Below the pieces are notes generated by a model. It was not told the origin of the DNA. It searched no databases and worked only from the letters and a program-made list of their open reading frames with translations. From Yuukianura sp. NJ FZ-2021 (taxonomy: Eukaryota), in assembly GCA_046563655.1 (NCBI GenBank), contig CM102290.1:1736001-1800000 (forward strand): a DNA stretch of 64,000 bases, read 5' to 3'. This document shows positions 60,467 through 64,000 of this stretch, piece by piece. Position 1 is the stretch's first letter; each line of letters starts with the position of its first letter. The position numbers and the translations under genes are program-made.

Positions 60467-61843
60467 TTAGGGTCCTGGTGGTGGCTTGTGAAGTCTTTGC
60501 GATCGTCCACCGCTTCTCAAATACAACTCCCAGCGTTGATGGTCCAAACGTGTAAAATCATCCAACAGGGAAATCCGTTCCAGATAATCGGCCAAACGGT
60601 ACAGTTCACGATCCGAGTGGCGGGATTGGTGGGCTTGTCGAAATGGTCGAATCCGTAGACCTAAAAATGCAATTCAATTTAAGTTTTTGAATACTTTACT
60701 ATACTGTTTTCCTTCTAATTTATTGCACTCTTACCAGATTGAGGGTTCATAATAAAATTGCGGCGTAGGTCATCAAACATAATCGTATTCCGTTCTGAAT
60801 ATTGCGGAAACTTCCCCCAGATCAGACCCAAAGGTTTCACCTTTTCAGATACAAATAGAAATTGGATTTAAAACGGGCAACACAAAAACGATGAAGAGTA
60901 AAGTTGATGGAAGTTACTTACCTCAATCACACCGTACTTTTGAGTATACACGCTTATCATAGCGTGGTAATCAATGTAAAATGAAATTTTGTAGTTCGGA
61001 TTGGTTGAAACGCCGAGTAATTTCATCTTTTCGTCGATCCACTTGTAGCTCGTAGCGGACCAAATCACGATGTCATAACTCTAAGATAAAAAAAGAGAAC
61101 GACATTGTGATAAAACGTCAGGATTCACTTTAATAATGTAAAGTCAGGAGTTGATTGACGTTACTTACCTGATACGATCTGGTAAGAAAGTCATGCAGAC
61201 CAGGACGCATAAGTTCAATACCACTCTGAGCAACTGATCTGTGATCAAAGAGGGTGTAGTCGATATCCAACACCAGTAGCTTCTTCCCTTCACGAGGTGG
61301 ATTTAGTATTTGGACATTATACTCTCGGATTCGTCTGGATACTTTTTCCAAATACACTTCACGCTTTTCCGTTGGTTCAATTTCATCATCATCTGGGATA
61401 TCCAAATCATTCGTTATTTCCGTTCGTAGTTCCGGAGGAATATCTACTGTGGCTATATCCTTTTCCAGTGATCCCATCATCATAATTTTAAAGCCAGATT
61501 TCAAGTTGAGGTTTGATAAGAGACAAGAATCTGCAGCTTGTTTACCTAAACACACAAAAATCAATTAGTAAAAATGAAGAAAACTTAGTGAGAATTTTAT
61601 CATTGTTTACATCGTACTTTTGAATACTACATTGAGCAATTTTTGACGGTCGACGTTGACCCCTGTCCTCTCCTTTATCTTGCCCTTAAGGTCGCCCACG
61701 GTTTTCAGATTAGAAATGTTAATTTCATACTCCTTGCCAGACCATTTGACTACAACTTGTTGGTTGTTGTTGAGCATTGATGACGAGACAACATGTCCAT
61801 TCTCCTCTTGTATCATAGAAGCTGAAGCAGCTGCCTGAGACAT
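60467..61843 (-). CDS. UBLCP1: Ubiquitin-like domain-containing CTD phosphatase 1
   Basis: Five exons: 61843-61618, 61545-61169, 61080-60922, 60840-60735, 60660-60467 (353 aa). UBL domain (VKWSGKEY...[11 protein letters not shown]...RQKLL...KIMMMGS) and HAD/FCP1 phosphatase ([65 protein letters not shown]). Confidence 0.96.
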
Positions 61844-62667
61844 TATTTGATGATCCTTGCAAACTAAACACTAATCACAAGCAATCGTCCCGCTTAATAC
61901 CACAACTACGATGATTTTGTCCTCTAAACTCAAAATATTTGGGTATAACTCACTGATTGACAACTTTCAGTCACGACTGTTAAAACGATATCGGTTTTGA
62001 TTCTGTTGATTACATTACTCACACTTAATACAGAAAGAGATGTGTCCCACCCGCTGATGAATAAATTAGTAATTAGTCATTCCACTAGTACTAATAAGCA
62101 CTGTTTATGTGTTGTGACCTTCTCCCTTGCCTCAGAGAAAAAGAAATGCTGCAAAAGGGGGTAACCCAAAGTTATAAAATCCAAAACCAAAATGAAATTG
62201 ACACTTCAAAATCCGTTGCAGATGGAGCACCAATTCCCGGACTTAGCAGATTTGTGTTGCCTGCTAATTAGAAAGTAAAGTCTAATCATATGTAACAAAA
62301 CTGGCTACATAAATTAGTTACAACTTATATGTAACTAAATTATACATAATATAGAAATATTCCCATTTATTTTATCTAAATAACTATTCCTTTTATAGTA
62401 TCCTTTTGAATACGTTAGGAACTTATAGCGATCCGAAACTCAGAGGAAAGGTGAGACACGTATGGACACAAAGTCACACCGCTTTGGTTTACGTCAACCA
62501 ACCCCAAGAGCGGGGGAGCTACGACTATGCCTCATTTCACTTGTACACATCTCTGAACTGTGAGTCTGTTGTGACTTCAATCTTCCATTCCACTCAATTG
62601 GTAATTGGTGTCTCTATAACGCTGCATCAACTAAGTAATTGACTAAAATTCACAACTGGATAGAATC

Positions 62668-64000
62668 ATGGACGGCGATCCATTCCTCCCTGCACCTTTG
62701 TTGTCAGATCAAGGTATTTTTGAACCGATTCAAAAAGAAACTGCTGAAATTGAAGCAAAGGAAGAAGCTAAGGGAGAATCGATGGAAAAAGAAACTGGTG
62801 AAATTCAAACAAAGGTAGAAGATAAGGAGGTACCGATTCTAAAAGAAACTCGTGAAATTGAAGCAAAGGTAGAAGACAAGGAGGTACCGATTCTAAAAGA
62901 AACTCGTGAAATTGAGGTAGAAGAGAAGGGGGAACCGATTGAAGAAGAAACTGGTGAAATTGAAGCTAAGGGAGAACCGATTGAAGAAGAAACTGGTAAC
63001 ATTGAAGCAAAGGAAGAAGCTAAGGGAGAACCGATTGAACAAGAAACTAGTGACATTGAAGCAAAGGGAGACGACAAGGGAGAGCCGATGGAGCAAGAAA
63101 CTGGTGAAATTGAAGCAAAGGTAGAAGACAAGGGAGAACCGATAGAAGAAACTACTGGTGAAATTGAATCAAAGGAAGAACCGACTGAAAAAGAGACTGG
63201 TGAAATTGAAACAAAGGAAGAAGCTATGGGAGAACCGATTGAAGACAAGGAACCTATTAAACCAGAGTCAAACTCAAAGCCAGCCTTTCCCAAGAACAAG
63301 AAAACTGTACCGGAGGATGATGAGATATTTCTCGGGTTCGAAAGCGATGAGATGGAAACTGTATATCCACAAACAGAGTACATGTCGGACACATTACATG
63401 CAATGGTTCGAGAATTCCAGGCCGAACATGCCACTGCCATGGCTGAATTGTTTGCCTTGCAGAAGATCCCTATCGCCATTCCGAGAAGTAGCCTAAAAGG
63501 TGTCGGAGGAAGTTTGATTTACATTGAGAAGATAATCACCAAGAAGGATGATGAAGTTCAGACATTCACGATGACTAAACCTCCAGTACAACTGCCGAAC
63601 ATCCAACGATCTCCTGGTAGTGAAGGAGAGCTTATCATTGACGAAGGCATTGTGCCTCCAACGAAGACCAAAAAGAAGACCAAGAAGACTCCGGTTGCAA
63701 AAACTTGGCATGAACCATTACCATTCAGTGAGCCAGAACTCCAGCTTTTGCGTCGTCCTCTGTCTTTCGGTAAGAGATTGATACATTTACATCTACATGC
63801 AAAACATGAATTTGTTCTTAAGTTCGGACGTTTGTTTGTCGTAGGATGGATCCGTGATGTCGTGCTTAAACCGGACGATGGGACATCAGCTGGTCAAGTT
63901 TCATACTTTGCTCCTGATGGCACAATGATTCGTTCGTACAAAGATTTGGCAGTGGCTTGTAAGGAAACTTGTGATAAAGTAGCATCTAAAGTGCTATATA
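62668..64000 (+). CDS. Acidic tandem-repeat protein with a TAM-type MBD-like domain, 3'-incomplete
   Basis: Open frame from ATG 62668 to the window end (absent from the ORF track because it has no stop). Probable intron at 63770-63844. The spliced sequence LRRPLSFGWIRDVVLK...GQVSYFAPDGTMIRSYKDL resembles the MBD/TAM fold of BAZ2/Toutatis. Confidence 0.75.
   Translation, partial: MDGDPFLPAPLLSDQGIFEPIQKETAEIEAKEEAKGESMEKETGEIQTKVEDKEVPILKETREIEAKVEDKEVPILKETREIEVEEKGEPIEEETGEIEAKGEPIEEETGNIEAKEEAKGEPIEQETSDIEAKGDDKGEPMEQETGEIEAKVEDKGEPIEETTGEIESKEEPTEKETGEIETKEEAMGEPIEDKEPIKPESNSKPAFPKNKKTVPEDDEIFLGFESDEMETVYPQTEYMSDTLHAMVREFQAEHATAMAELFALQKIPIAIPRSSLKGVGGSLIYIEKIITKKDDEVQTFTMTKPPVQLPNIQRSPGSEGELIIDEGIVPPTKTKKKTKKTPVAKTWHEPLPFSEPELQLLRRPLSFGKRLIHLHLHAKHEFVLKFGRLFVVGWIRDVVLKPDDGTSAGQVSYFAPDGTMIRSYKDLAVACKETCDKVASKVLY
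62722..63250 (+). repeat. Coding minisatellite, about 10 units of 42-54 nt (EPIEEETGEIEAKEEAKG-like)
   Basis: All unit-length differences are multiples of 3, preserving the + strand frame. Confidence 0.9.

Noticed and set aside
62805..63479. 224-aa Ser-rich minus-strand ORF
   Set aside because: Antisense shadow of the + strand Glu-rich coding repeat.

Overview
Eukaryotic, AT-rich, intron-containing animal DNA, most likely arthropod (inferred from a kekkon-1 orthologue and many ~70-90 nt introns; the species cannot be read from the sequence). Most entries in the ORF track are spurious or exon fragments, so gene models were rebuilt by hand from splice sites and reading-frame phase. The window has three zones. 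(1) 325-12733: the 3' part of a kekkon-1-like LRR-Ig transmembrane gene on +. (2) About 12.7-40.8 kb: no recognisable conserved gene, rich in small non-autonomous DNA transposons and minisatellites. (3) 41.8-64 kb: a compact gene cluster of LYRM5/ETFRF1 (-), DNAI7/CASC1 (+), Nup188 (-), UBLCP1 (-) and an unnamed acidic-repeat protein with a TAM-type MBD-like domain (+, runs off the window). The most notable signals are 13 P-superfamily-like MITEs in three families with CAAGGT termini, a shared subterminal AACAGGTT motif and mixed 8-/9-bp target duplications; two nested-transposon structures; a GC-AG intron with an atypical donor; a probable spliced non-coding extension behind LYRM5; and the divergent MBD protein. 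No CRISPR, rRNA, tRNA or autonomous transposase was seen. Gene names rest on recalled motif similarity, not on database searches. I found no signal I can honestly call a demonstrated new biological system.
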